Below are positions 62,923 through 64,000 of a stretch of 64,000 nt of DNA, in pieces (position 1 is the first letter of the stretch; the number at the start of each line of letters is the position of its first letter). Position numbers and translations under genes: made by a program. A model generated the notes under the pieces. The model had not been told where the DNA came from, searched no databases, and was given only the letters and a program-made list of their open reading frames with translations. The stretch lies in contig NC_057718.1 in assembly GCF_004010195.1 (NCBI RefSeq), forward strand, positions 74,845,889 through 74,909,888, written 5' to 3'. The stretch comes from Chiloscyllium plagiosum. Taxonomy: Eukaryota.

Positions 62923-64000
62923 TAGAACATAGAACATAGGATATACAGAGAAGTACAGGACCTTCGGCCCTCGATGTTGCGCCGACCTATGGAACCGATC
63001 TGAAGCCCACCTATCCTACACTATTCCATTTTCATCCATATGCCTATCCAATGACCATTCAAATGCCCTTAAAGTTGGCGGGTCCACTCCTGTTGCAGGC
63101 AGTGCGTTCCATGCCCCTACTACTCTCAGACTAAAGAAACTACCCCTGACATCTGTCCTATATTTATCACCCCTCAATTGTGCAAGCCATCACCATCCGA
63201 GGAAAAAGGCTCTCCCTGTCCACCCTGTCTAACCCTCTGATTATCTTATACGTCTCAATTAAGTCACCGCTCAACCTTCTTCTCTCTAACGAAAACAGCC
63301 TCACATCCCTCAGCCTTTCCTCATAAGACCTTCCCTCCATACCAGGCAACATCCCAGTGATCCCTTAAAGTTGGCGGGTCCACTCCTGTTGCAGGCAGTG
63401 CGTTCCATGCCCCTACTACTCTCAGACTAAAGAAACTACCCCTGACATCTGTCCTATATTTATCACCCCTCAATTTACAGCTATGTCCCCTTGTGCAAGC
63501 CATCACCATCCAAGGAAAAAGGCTCTCCCTGTCCACCCTGTCTAACCCTCTGATTATCTTATACGTCTCAATTAAGTCACCGCTCAACCTTCTTCTCTCT
63601 AACGAAAACAGCCTCACATCCCTCAGCCTTTCCTCATAAGACCTTCCCTCCATACCAGGCAACATCCCAGTAAATCTCCTTGGAACCCTTTCCAAAGATT
63701 CTATATTCTTCCTTATACTGCAGTGACCAGAATTGCATGCAATACTCCAAGTGCGGCTGCACCAGAGTTTTGTTCAGCTGCAGCATGACCTCGTGGGTAC
63801 GAAACTCAATGCCTCTACTAATAACAACCCTATCAACCTGGATGGCAACTTTCAGGGATCTATGTACATGGACACCGAGAGCTCTCTGCTCATCTACACT
63901 ACCAAGAATCTTACCATTAGCCCCGTACTCTTATTCCTTTGGTGCTTCCAAAGTGAATCAACTCACACTTTTCCATATTAAACTCCATTTGCCACCTCTC
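62923..64000 (-). mobile_element. CR1 3' portion with an internal tandem duplication
   Basis: (AGAACAT)n tail; ERVPRRFTGMLPG...YEERL...GDLIETYK. 63066-63358 is repeated at 63362-63671. Confidence 0.9.

Overview
Repeat-dense vertebrate intronic or intergenic DNA, most likely from a shark. It carries many HE1-type tRNA-derived SINEs with (CTAAT)n tails and CR1/HER1-type LINEs. I find no intact host protein-coding gene, and most long ORFs in the track are decayed transposon frames. Main contents: (1) a four-level nest at the left end, in which an env-bearing class I-like ERV with an intact-looking 3' LTR is interrupted by a CR1, then an L1, then a hammerhead-bearing Penelope fragment; (2) many Penelope-like (PLE) fragments in two families, both carrying minimal hammerhead-ribozyme cores, including short TSD-flanked fold-back insertions at 9451-9658 and 61835-62030; (3) a near-full-length CR1 inside a PLE; (4) a Rex1/Babar LINE and an apparently non-autonomous partner sharing its 3' tail; (5) a decayed Ty3/Gypsy element, a decayed PIF/Harbinger transposase, a Tc1/pogo-type MITE and DeuSINE relics; (6) two assembly gaps. 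Family names come from motif recognition by eye, not database searches. Boundaries of old fragments are approximate.
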